A DNA stretch of 64,000 nt from Candidatus Limnocylindria bacterium. GTDB lineage: Bacteria > Chloroflexota > Limnocylindria > QHBO01. A program made the translations under genes and the position numbers. The notes beneath the pieces were generated by a model. That model was not told where the DNA came from and did no database searches. It saw only the letters and a program-made list of their open reading frames with translations. The stretch covers positions 9,847 to 73,846 of the forward strand of contig JBBRWZ010000002.1 of NCBI GenBank assembly GCA_038248895.1, written 5' to 3'. Shown here one piece after another: positions 8,138 to 16,305 of the stretch (position 1 is its first letter; each line of letters starts with the position of its first letter).

Positions 8138-9519
8138 GGGCCGAGGCGCCGCTCGAGAAAGCGTCCGCGGGGCGCCCGTTCATCGGTGCCGAGCTCGCGA
8201 CCGCGCAGGACGACTCGCTCGGGCCGACCGGCGAGCCGCATGCCCTCGTATGGCGTGTAGTCGCTGGTATGGTGCAGATCGGCCTGGCGCAAGGTGCGAT
8301 GCGACGCCGGGTCAAGCACGACGAGGTCGGCGTCGAGGCCCACCTCGATCTTCCCCTTGGCGGCGAGGCCGAAGAGCCTGGACGGCGCCTCGGCCAGCAC
8401 CTCCACCAGCCGTTCCATCGAGATCCGACCGGCGGCCACCCCGGTCGACCACACCACGCTCAGCAGCGTCTCGATCCCCGGCCCGCCGTTGCTGATCTCG
8501 GGGAACGGCGGGGCTGGAATCGCCTTCTCGACGGCGACCCGATCGGGCACGTGGTCGGACGCGACCACATCCAGCGTGCCGTCCCGCAGGCCCGCCCACA
8601 GGGCGTCGACATCGGTCTGCGCGCGCAGCGGAGGTGAGATGACCCGTTTGATCACCTCTGCCTCATCCGGGTCGTCATACAGCGCATCGGTCAGCGTGAG
8701 GTACTGCGGGCACGTCTCCGCGTACACCGGCTCACCACGTGCCTTGGCCTCGGCGACCGCCTCCAGCGACTGCTCGCAGCTGAGATGCACGACGTACACG
8801 GCCGCCTCGGCGCGACGAGCCAGCTCGATGGCGTGGCGCGTTGCCGCCGCCTCCGCCTCGGGGGGGCGCGTGAGCATGTGATGACGGCAGCCCGTCTCGC
8901 CCCGCGCGAGCGCCGTGGCGACCAGGCCGTCGACCTGGGCGGGGTCCTCGCAATGGAGCTGCAGCATCCCGCCGTGACGCGCGGCAACGCGCATCACCCG
9001 CTCCAGCCGCTCGTCGGGCAGCCGGAAGTCGTAGACCATGAACGCCTTGAACGTGGGCACGCCGCGCTCGATCAGCTCGGGGAGCTCTTCCTCCGCGCGA
9101 CGCTGTTGACCGGTGACCACCGCCGAGAGGCCAACGTCCACCGCCGACTGACCCGCGGATCGCTCCCGGAACTCGTCCAGCCCGGCCAGCAGCGAGGCAG
9201 CGCCCGCGTCGCTGATCCCGGTGCCGGGGTTGTTGAAGCTCAGGACGGTCGTGGTGCCGCCAACGGCGGCCGCCACCGTGTCGCGCAGGAAGCGGGACGG
9301 CGCCTCCGGCGTCGGCAGGCGCAGATGGGTATGGACGTCGATGACGCCGGGAAGGATGAGCCGGTCGGTCGCGTCGATGGTGCGAACGGCACCCCGGGCC
9401 GCGAGGCCGTGACCGATGGCGACGATCTGCTCGCCACGGATGGCGACGTCGGCGCGCCGCGCCCCCGCCGCCGTCACGACAGTGCCGCCGGTGACGACGA
9501 GGTCGTACGGCTCCGTCAC
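8134..9519 (-). CDS. D-hydantoinase/dihydropyrimidinase-family cyclic amidohydrolase (candidate allantoinase in this context)
   Basis: 461 aa. Carries VIDVHTHL (metal His pair), TFKAFMVY (carbamylated-Lys region), YVVHLSC, ETCPQYL and ASDH. By eye the alignment fits the hydantoinase type better than the AllB type. Confidence 0.88.
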   Translation of the reverse strand: MTEPYDLVVTGGTVVTAAGARRADVAIRGEQIVAIGHGLAARGAVRTIDATDRLILPGVIDVHTHLRLPTPEAPSRFLRDTVAAAVGGTTTVLSFNNPGTGISDAGAASLLAGLDEFRERSAGQSAVDVGLSAVVTGQQRRAEEELPELIERGVPTFKAFMVYDFRLPDERLERVMRVAARHGGMLQLHCEDPAQVDGLVATALARGETGCRHHMLTRPPEAEAAATRHAIELARRAEAAVYVVHLSCEQSLEAVAEAKARGEPVYAETCPQYLTLTDALYDDPDEAEVIKRVISPPLRAQTDVDALWAGLRDGTLDVVASDHVPDRVAVEKAIPAPPFPEISNGGPGIETLLSVVWSTGVAAGRISMERLVEVLAEAPSRLFGLAAKGKIEVGLDADLVVLDPASHRTLRQADLHHTSDYTPYEGMRLAGRPERVVLRGRELGTDERAPRGRFLERRLGP

Positions 9520-10643
9520 GGCGCGGGTCGGATGTGGTCGCGCCGCACCCCGGCGACGTCGACCACGCCGAGGATGGCGAGGGCCCGCCGAAGCTCGTCG
9601 CCGATGATCTCGAAGGCGCGATCCGCGCCCGCCTCCCCGGCTGCCGCGAGCGCATAGAGGAACGGCCGTGCGGTGAACACCGCCCGGGCTCCCAGCACGA
9701 GTGCCACGGCGACGTCGCTCCCCCGCCGCACCCCACCGTCGGCGTAGACCTCTGCTCGCCCCTCGGTCGCGTCGACGATCTCCCCGAGCACCTCGGGGGC
9801 CGTCACGGTCCCGTCGAGCTGCCGCCCGCCGTGATTCGACACCCAGATGGCGCGAGCGCCGTGCTGAATCGCGCGATCCACGTCAAGGGGCGACAGAATC
9901 CCCTTCAGCACGAGCGGCAGCGAGGTCCAGCCGGCGATGGTCGCGACGTCCTGCCAGCGCAGCGGGGGCTTGCGATCGAGGTAGGCGACGAACGTGTCGT
10001 CCCCGCCGGCCGCATCGGGCGGAAGGTGCGCCTGGACCGATGCCGGGATGGAGAACCGGGTTCGCAGGTCGCGCTCACGGTACCCTGCGACCGGCAGGTC
10101 GACAGTGAGCACCACGGCACCGAAGCCAGCCGCCTCCGCTCGCTCGACGAGCTCACGTGCGAACGCGAGGTCGTGCTCGACGTACAGCTGGAACCAGCGC
10201 GGCGCGCCCGTGTCGCCGGCGGCGGCGCCCACCTCCTCGATCGAACGCGTCGATGCCGTGCTGAGGACGAACGGCGCGCCGGCCCGGGCGGCCGCGCGCG
10301 CCAGTGCCAGCTCGCCGTCCGGGTGGGCCATCCCCTGCAGCGCTGCCGGCGCAACGCCGATCGGCAGCGCCGCCGAGGCACCGAGCAGGCTCGTCGTCAG
10401 CTCGGGATGGCGCGCTCCGGCGAGGACGCGCGGCACGAGCCGCCAGCGCGACCATGACGCGAGATTATCGGCCAGGCTTCGCTCGTCGCCGGCACCCGAG
10501 GCGTAGTAGCCGTATGCCGTCGGCGCCAGCCGCTCCCGCGCGAGCGATTCGAAGTCGTGGAGGTTGAAGACGTCATCGAGTGACGCCGGAACATCGGGGA
10601 CGGCGAAACCGAATGGCGATCGCCTCGCCTGCTTGCGAGCCAT
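9516..10643 (-). CDS. FMN-dependent alpha-hydroxy-acid oxidase/dehydrogenase (glycolate oxidase / LldD family)
   Basis: 375 aa. Has the SNHGGRQLD motif and a TIM-barrel FMN-dehydrogenase pattern throughout. It shares a 4-nt overlap with the downstream amidohydrolase. Confidence 0.9.
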   Translation of the reverse strand: MARKQARRSPFGFAVPDVPASLDDVFNLHDFESLARERLAPTAYGYYASGAGDERSLADNLASWSRWRLVPRVLAGARHPELTTSLLGASAALPIGVAPAALQGMAHPDGELALARAAARAGAPFVLSTASTRSIEEVGAAAGDTGAPRWFQLYVEHDLAFARELVERAEAAGFGAVVLTVDLPVAGYRERDLRTRFSIPASVQAHLPPDAAGGDDTFVAYLDRKPPLRWQDVATIAGWTSLPLVLKGILSPLDVDRAIQHGARAIWVSNHGGRQLDGTVTAPEVLGEIVDATEGRAEVYADGGVRRGSDVAVALVLGARAVFTARPFLYALAAAGEAGADRAFEIIGDELRRALAILGVVDVAGVRRDHIRPAP

Positions 10644-10718
10644 GCGGCGCAGTCTGCCACGCGCGGCGTTCCGGGTCAGCGGGCGCTGCCGCGCCGCGGC
10701 GCATGCCGGGCCGTGATC

Positions 10719-10955
10719 TCAGCGCGGCCCACCGTCGGAGTGGATCTCGTAGCGGCGGTCGGTGGCGGGAGCCGCTCCCTTGCCGTCGGCCATGGCGCGT
10801 CCGATCGCATCCGCATCGTGCCCGCGTCGATCGGCCACGGCGACGGCGACGACGATGGCCGCCACCACGATGCCGATCGCTGCCAGCGGATGGACGACCT
10901 GGACGACGATCAGGACGATGCCTGCGACGATGATCGCCGCGATGAGCCAGAGCAT
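10719..10955 (-). CDS. Small membrane protein (2 TM), unknown function
   Basis: ATG 10955 is preceded by GGAGG (10967-10963) with a 7-nt spacer. The product begins MLWLIAAIIVAGIVLIVVQVV...IGIVVAAIVVAVAVA, followed by a polar tail. Confidence 0.55.
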   Translation of the reverse strand: MLWLIAAIIVAGIVLIVVQVVHPLAAIGIVVAAIVVAVAVADRRGHDADAIGRAMADGKGAAPATDRRYEIHSDGGPR

Positions 10956-11006
10956 GTGCGGACCTCCCCTGCGTCGCGCGAGCATGCTCCGCAACCGGAC
11001 CGGTGT

Positions 11007-11417
11007 CTAGCCCGCGCTGATCTCGATCGGCTGGGCACCCTCCCACAGGACGCGGCGCCCCATCTCGGCGAGCTGCTCGTGTCCGCTCGTGATGGTGGCG
11101 AAGTGATTGCCGGGCAGCGGACCCATCTTCGAGCTGAAGGCGCAGGCGCCGTACGGGAAGAGGATCTCGCATTCGCTCAGCTCGCCGGTATAGATGAGCA
11201 GCTGGCCGGGAGCAGGATGCGCGGTCTGGTTCTCGTACCCCACGTCCGGCCGGCGGTCGCCGAACGGAATCCAGGTCGACTCGCCGCTCCAGCGGCAGTG
11301 GATGAGCCGCGAGCTGAGGGGCAGCCAGCTGCGAAGGGCCGCCCGCGTGCGCGGGGCGGCCTCTTCCCAGGAGGCGGTATAGACGAGGTCACACACGCGG
11401 ATCGTGATGTCAGGCAT
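11007..11417 (-). CDS. DUF3830-like (cyclophilin-fold) protein, unknown function
   Basis: 136 aa. Size and sequence pattern (…LIHCRWSGESTW…, …LLIYTGELSECEILFPYG…) recall the DUF3830 family. This assignment is from memory and was not searched. Confidence 0.55.
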   Translation of the reverse strand: MPDITIRVCDLVYTASWEEAAPRTRAALRSWLPLSSRLIHCRWSGESTWIPFGDRRPDVGYENQTAHPAPGQLLIYTGELSECEILFPYGACAFSSKMGPLPGNHFATITSGHEQLAEMGRRVLWEGAQPIEISAG

Positions 11418-12009
11418 GCGGGTCAGGATACGGTGCCACGTCGGTGGCTCGGAACGCGGCGCCGTGGCCGGGGACGATGATGTCAGCCACCGCCATGACG
11501 CGACGGCGGCTCAGTGCGAGCAGCTCGGAGTCCACCGCGAATGGGTCCTCGGCGGGGCCGCTGACATCCCACCACAGGTGCGTCAGCGCGACGACGCCGA
11601 GGGCCGTCCCGGCGAGCGTCGTGATGTCCTCCCTGGTGTGGCCGGGCGTGCGGATGAGACGGATCGCCGGCGTCAGCTCGTGGCCCTCGGCGTCGCGATC
11701 GGTCCAGTTGAAGCCCTGGTAGATCGCCCAGTGGTCGTGGACGCGGGCACCGGGGAAGAGCGCCACGTTCATCGTGTGGTCGGGGTGGTGGTGGCTGAGG
11801 ATCACGTCGGTCACCGCGTCGGGCTCCAGGCCCAGGGCACGCAAGGGGTCGAGGATGTCCGCCTGGCGGTGCGCCATGCCGGGGTCGACGACCGCGACGA
11901 CGTCACCGGAGCGGAGCAGGCTGCAGCTGCTCACCACGCCGGGTGGCGTGAGCGAGCCCTCGAGAAGCACGTCCAGACGGGCGTCGCGGGCCGTGGGCGC
12001 ATCGGTCAT
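11410..12009 (-). CDS. MBL-fold metallo-hydrolase
   Basis: 199 aa. Has the HxHxDH motif (LSHHHPDH), later His/Asp ligands (TPGHT, VPGHG), and an 8-nt overlap with the downstream gene. Confidence 0.85.
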   Translation of the reverse strand: MTDAPTARDARLDVLLEGSLTPPGVVSSCSLLRSGDVVAVVDPGMAHRQADILDPLRALGLEPDAVTDVILSHHHPDHTMNVALFPGARVHDHWAIYQGFNWTDRDAEGHELTPAIRLIRTPGHTREDITTLAGTALGVVALTHLWWDVSGPAEDPFAVDSELLALSRRRVMAVADIIVPGHGAAFRATDVAPYPDPHA

Positions 12010-12032
12010 GATGCGGAGCCTAGCAGGAGCGA

Positions 12033-12383
12033 ATGAGCATGGCCGCCGCGCGACCCACCATCAGCACGCACGTCCTCGACACCGAGCGCGGGATCCCCGC
12101 CCGCGGCCTTGCGGTTGCCGTCTTCCGCATCACCGATGACGGCGGCTCTGAGCTCATCACCGAGGTCGACACCGATGGCGACGGACGGGTGGCCGACCTT
12201 CTCGACGGCGACGAGCTCGAGGTCGCCGACTACCAGATCCTGTTCGACGTCGCCTCGTACCGCGGGGAGGACTCGTTCTTTCAGGGTTGCGCCGTCGGGA
12301 TCCGGATCGACGATCCGGATCGCTCCTACCACGTTCCGCTCCTGCTCGCGCCCTTTGGCCTGACGACGTACCGGGGCAGCTGA
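12033..12383 (+). CDS. uraH: 5-hydroxyisourate hydrolase (transthyretin-like)
   Basis: About 115 aa. Carries ISTHVLD, YHVPLLL and the C-terminal YRGS signature of HIUases. The likely true start is ATG 12039, 9 nt after AGGAG at 12025-12029. Confidence 0.92.
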   Translation: MSMAAARPTISTHVLDTERGIPARGLAVAVFRITDDGGSELITEVDTDGDGRVADLLDGDELEVADYQILFDVASYRGEDSFFQGCAVGIRIDDPDRSYHVPLLLAPFGLTTYRGS

Positions 12384-12391
12384 CCGAGGTC

Positions 12392-13447
12392 GTGACCGTC
12401 CCCGCACCCATCATCACGGTTCGGGATCTCGAGCCGGACGACCACGACTGGGCCGATGCCCTCATCGCCGCCCACCAGGGATCGCGGATGACAGCCCGTC
12501 TCGGCGAGCTGCTCGATCCGCTGCTGCTGCCCGGCCTCGTCGCCGAGGTCGACGGCGCGCGGGTGGGGCTGATGACGGTCCACGAGTCGCCGGATGCCGG
12601 GCTGGAGGTGCTGACGCTCCACGCGTCGCCGCGCGGCACCGGAGCCGGGAGCGTCCTGCTCGAGACCGCCCTCCAGGTCGCCGGCGCATCGGGGCATCCA
12701 CGGCTGTGGCTGGTGACGACCAACGACAACGTGGACGCCATCGGCTTCTACCTGCGTCACGGGCTGCGCGTGGCGGCCGTGCACGCCGGCGCGGTGGACG
12801 CGGACCGCGCCCTGAAGCCGGAGATTCCGGCCGCGAACCCCGACAACGGGCTGCCGATTCGCGACCTCGTCGAGCTGGAGCGGGCCGTCACCGGTGTCGA
12901 CGATGTCCTGCCACGGGTCGCATTGCCCGCGATCGAGGATCTCGACGCCCTGCCGCCGGAAGCATTCGCCCACGAGATGGCGCCCCTGTTCGAGGGCGCG
13001 CCCCGCTTCCTCGCCCACCTCGCCACCGCGCGACCCTTCGGCTCCGACGCCGATCTCCTCAGCGTGGCGGCCCGCGTCGCGCGCGAGCTGACAGACGCGG
13101 AGGCGCGCGAGCTCGTCGATGCGCACCCACGGATCGGCGCCGCGCCGGTGACCGTGTCGCCACTCAGCCATGCCGAGCAGGGCTACGACGCCGATGACCC
13201 GTACGCGGACCGCGAGGCCGCGCGGGTCACCGAGGAGCTGAGCTGGCTCAACGAGGCGTATGAGCGCGTGCATGGCTTCCGCTACGCGGTCTTCGTCGCG
13301 GGCCGTTCCCGCGCTGACATCGTGCCGCTCCTCGAAGTGGGGCTGCGCAACGAGACTGATGCCGAGCTGCGGCGCGGCGTCGACGAGTGCATCGACATCG
13401 CCGCCGACCGCCTGGCCCGGTTGCGCGGTCGTGGTGCCGCCGCCTGA
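12392..13447 (+). CDS. uraD: GNAT acetyltransferase domain fused to OHCU decarboxylase
   Basis: The N-terminal ~185 aa carry GNAT motifs (PRGTGAGSVLLE, NDNVDAIGFYLRHGLR). The C-terminal ~165 aa are OHCU-decarboxylase-like (MAPLFEGAP, LVDAHPRIGA, YERVHGFRYAVFVAGRS). The start is taken as GTG 12392, just after the uraH stop. The tracked ATG 12287 would overlap uraH out of frame. Confidence 0.8.
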   Translation: MTVPAPIITVRDLEPDDHDWADALIAAHQGSRMTARLGELLDPLLLPGLVAEVDGARVGLMTVHESPDAGLEVLTLHASPRGTGAGSVLLETALQVAGASGHPRLWLVTTNDNVDAIGFYLRHGLRVAAVHAGAVDADRALKPEIPAANPDNGLPIRDLVELERAVTGVDDVLPRVALPAIEDLDALPPEAFAHEMAPLFEGAPRFLAHLATARPFGSDADLLSVAARVARELTDAEARELVDAHPRIGAAPVTVSPLSHAEQGYDADDPYADREAARVTEELSWLNEAYERVHGFRYAVFVAGRSRADIVPLLEVGLRNETDAELRRGVDECIDIAADRLARLRGRGAAA

Positions 13448-13649
13448 CACCGGACCGTGCCGTGCATCGGCCCGAGGTGTCATGGCCCGGCGACCAACCA
13501 GGCGCTCAACCCACTCGGTGCCGCCCGTGGGTCACGAGGACACCCATTTTAGCCCCATCACGCACCGTTCGGGCGCCAGGATGGGGGTTGCGCCCGCCAT
13601 CGGTTGCGCAGCGCCAACGGCTGCGCGGACGTGACGTAGGATCGGTCGC

Positions 13650-14579
13650 ATGCAGCACGAGATCGAGTACGGAAAGGCGGACGTCAGGGTCTACCGGACG
13701 CATGCCGCGCCGCTGACCGGTGTGACCCAAATCCCGGAGTCTCCCTTCGCGGGGCGCGACAACATCCTCACCGCCGCCGAGATCGAGGTTGTCGTGCACG
13801 GCGACGAGTTCTGGCCGGCCTACGAGCACGGCGACAACCGGAACGTCGTCGCCACCGACACGATGAAGAACTTCATCCACGCCGCCTCGCTGCGTGCCGA
13901 GGCGCGGACGCTGGAAGGGTGGCTGCACGAGGTCGGGAGCGCCTTTCTGGAGACCTACCCGCGAATGGCGTCGCTGACGGTCCTCGGTCGCGACCTCCCG
14001 TTCCCCGCGGCGGTGGTGCCGGCGGCCGACGGTGACGGCTTCACCGCCTCCGATCGCCTCTTCGCCCGGGATCGCGGCGAGCACGGAACGGCACGCCTCG
14101 AGCTCGAGCGCGAAGCGGCGGGCGACGCACGGATCACCGATCTCGCCTGCGGCCGCACCGGTCTCCAGCTCATCAAGGTCACCGGCTCCGCGTTCGCCGA
14201 CTTCGCCCGTGACGAGCACACGACGCTGCCCGAGCGGCCGGACCGCCCCCTCTACATCTGGGCCGATATCGGCTGGCGCTACACCGATGCGTCCGACGCC
14301 CTGGGCCGAGATGCCGCCCGCTACGTGGCCGCCGAGCAAGTGTCGGACCTCGCCGCGACCGTCTTCCACGAGTTCGTGTCGCTCTCCATCCAGCACCTCG
14401 TCCACGAGATAGGCAACCGGATGCTCGAGCGCTGGCCGCAGCTGGCCGAGGTCAGCTTCGATGCCCAGAACCGGCTGTGGGACGAGGTTGCGACATCGGA
14501 CGACGATCCCGCGGTGCGCACCTACGCCGATCCTCGGCCGCCATTCGGGCACATCGGCCTGGTGCTGCGGCGCGACTGA
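13650..14579 (+). CDS. Urate oxidase (cofactor-independent uricase)
   Basis: 309 aa. Has the YGKADVRVYR N-terminus, VVATDTMKNFIH, and a tunnelling-fold duplication typical of uricase. AGGA lies 8 nt upstream of the ATG. Confidence 0.92.
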   Translation: MQHEIEYGKADVRVYRTHAAPLTGVTQIPESPFAGRDNILTAAEIEVVVHGDEFWPAYEHGDNRNVVATDTMKNFIHAASLRAEARTLEGWLHEVGSAFLETYPRMASLTVLGRDLPFPAAVVPAADGDGFTASDRLFARDRGEHGTARLELEREAAGDARITDLACGRTGLQLIKVTGSAFADFARDEHTTLPERPDRPLYIWADIGWRYTDASDALGRDAARYVAAEQVSDLAATVFHEFVSLSIQHLVHEIGNRMLERWPQLAEVSFDAQNRLWDEVATSDDDPAVRTYADPRPPFGHIGLVLRRD

Positions 14580-14583
14580 CGCG

Positions 14584-15048
14584 TCAGCGTCCCAGGCGGA
14601 GGCGCATCCGCGGCAGGGTCCGCCCCTCCTCGGCGGCCGATGGCGTGCGGGCGATCTCGACGGCGCCCATCTGCTCGTAGAACGGCTGAGCATGGGGGTC
14701 GGCGTCCCACAGGAGGGCGCGAGCATGGTGCGAGTGGGCCACGTCCACCGCATGCTCGAACAGCACTCCCCCCCACCCTGCCCCAATGTGGTCCGGCTCG
14801 ACCCACAGATCCTCCAGCTCGGCCTCGTCACCCTGCGCCGACACGCGATGCCAGCCCACGATCGAGCCACCCACCTCGAGCACGTGCACCTCGTCGCGCT
14901 CGATCTCGACCGGCGTCAGCACCAGCATCGGCGCCACGCGCTCGAGGAAGGCGGCGTCGTACGGCCAGTGCGCCTTGGACCGATGCGCCAGGGCACGGAG
15001 CTCGTCCGCCTCGACGGGACGGGCCGGACGGATTCGGTGCTCAGTCAC
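14584..15048 (-). CDS. GNAT family N-acetyltransferase
   Basis: 154 aa. Carries LWVEPDHIGAGWGGVLFEHA and PHAQPFYEQMG (GNAT motifs A/B). Convergent with uricase across a 4-nt gap. Confidence 0.85.
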   Translation of the reverse strand: MTEHRIRPARPVEADELRALAHRSKAHWPYDAAFLERVAPMLVLTPVEIERDEVHVLEVGGSIVGWHRVSAQGDEAELEDLWVEPDHIGAGWGGVLFEHAVDVAHSHHARALLWDADPHAQPFYEQMGAVEIARTPSAAEEGRTLPRMRLRLGR

Positions 15049-15210
15049 CGTCGTCGGGGCCGAGCATGCTCGGCCCGTCGATCGCGGGGCAGCGATTCAG
15101 CCGCATCACGTTGTGCGAGGCGCGCCCGGGGTTCGACGAGGCGCCGACAACGGCCCACGTTCGGAACGACTGGAGGATGTGTCTCGCCACCGCCAGGTCG
15201 CTCCAGTCCG

Positions 15211-15789
15211 TCACCGGCCGCGTGCCAGCTCCTGGAGGGCGGCCTTGATACGCGTGTCGAGCTCACCATCGGTGCCGGCGACCGCGCCAGCGGCCCGGCG
15301 GGCCTCGGTGGCGGTGTAGCCCAGGGACTCGAGGGCCGCGACGATGTCCGAATCGGTCGTCCCCGGCGCCCCGCCCGCGGCGATCCCGGCCGCATGCACC
15401 TTCTCCTGCAGCTCGAGGATGATCCGCTGCGCGGTCTTGCGTCCAACGCCGCTCACCGAGGTGAAGAGGTCAACGTCGTCACCGATGATGCCCAGCTGGA
15501 GCTTCGTCACCGGGTGGGCGCTCACGATCGCCAGCGCGAGCCGCGGCCCCACCTGGCTGACGGTCATGAGCAGCTCGAAGAAGGCCAGCTCCTCGGTGGT
15601 CGCGAAGCCGAACAGCGCCTGCTGCTCCTCGCGGACGAGGTGGTGGGTGTAGACGTGCGCCTCGCGCTGGGCGTGCAGCTTTCCGAGCAGCGCGGGACCG
15701 GCCACGACGCGGTAGCCGACGCCACCCACCTCGACGAGCGCATGGTCGAGACCGATGTGCACCACCGTCCCACGCAGCGATCCGATCAC
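15211..15789 (-). CDS. ruvA: Holliday junction DNA helicase subunit RuvA
   Basis: 192 aa. Begins MIGSLRGTV, and carries GVGYRV, the HhH motif region (VSGVGRKTAQRIILEL) and a C-terminal domain III. Confidence 0.95.
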   Translation of the reverse strand: MIGSLRGTVVHIGLDHALVEVGGVGYRVVAGPALLGKLHAQREAHVYTHHLVREEQQALFGFATTEELAFFELLMTVSQVGPRLALAIVSAHPVTKLQLGIIGDDVDLFTSVSGVGRKTAQRIILELQEKVHAAGIAAGGAPGTTDSDIVAALESLGYTATEARRAAGAVAGTDGELDTRIKAALQELARGR

Positions 15790-16280
15790 CGGGCGACGGC
15801 CCGGGCGGTCGCGACGCTGCGATACGCCACCCCGATCGCCGCCGCCAGCGCATCGGTGGCGTCATCGGGCACGCCGCGAAGGTTGACGTTGAGCAGCCGC
15901 TCCACCATCTCCGCCACCTGCCGCTTGTCCGCGTTGCCGCTGCCGCAGACCGCCATCTTGATCTCGTTCGGCGTCGGCTCGTCGATGGGCAGGTGTGCCT
16001 CGGCGGCCGCGAGCAATGCCACTCCGCGTGCCTGCCCCACGGTCATGGCGGTCTGCACGTTGCGCTGGAAGAAGAGGCGCTCCACCGCGACAACGTCCGG
16101 TCGATGCTCGGCGACGAGCGCGCGCAGCGCGCGATGCAGCTCGACGAGGCGGGCAGCATCGGTCTGGTCGGACGGAGTGCGCACCACACCCGCATCGACC
16201 ATGCGCAGCCGGCCGCCTTCGAGCGCCATGACCCCGTAGCCGCAGATGGCCGTACCTGGGTCGATGCCGAGCGCGATCAC
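15786..16280 (-). CDS. ruvC: Crossover junction endodeoxyribonuclease RuvC
   Basis: 164 aa. Carries LGIDPG, VERLFFQRN and GSGNADKRQV. It has a 4-nt overlap with ruvA. Confidence 0.95.
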   Translation of the reverse strand: MIALGIDPGTAICGYGVMALEGGRLRMVDAGVVRTPSDQTDAARLVELHRALRALVAEHRPDVVAVERLFFQRNVQTAMTVGQARGVALLAAAEAHLPIDEPTPNEIKMAVCGSGNADKRQVAEMVERLLNVNLRGVPDDATDALAAAIGVAYRSVATARAVAR

Positions 16281-16305
16281 GCCGCCATCCTAGGCGCTGC
16301 GCGCG

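Noticed and set aside
15049-15210. Absence of ruvB after yebC-ruvC-ruvA.
   Set aside because: This is a real observation: a GNAT gene and the purine island follow ruvA. However, split ruv loci are common, and nothing in the 162-nt spacer suggests a remnant or a mobile-element scar.
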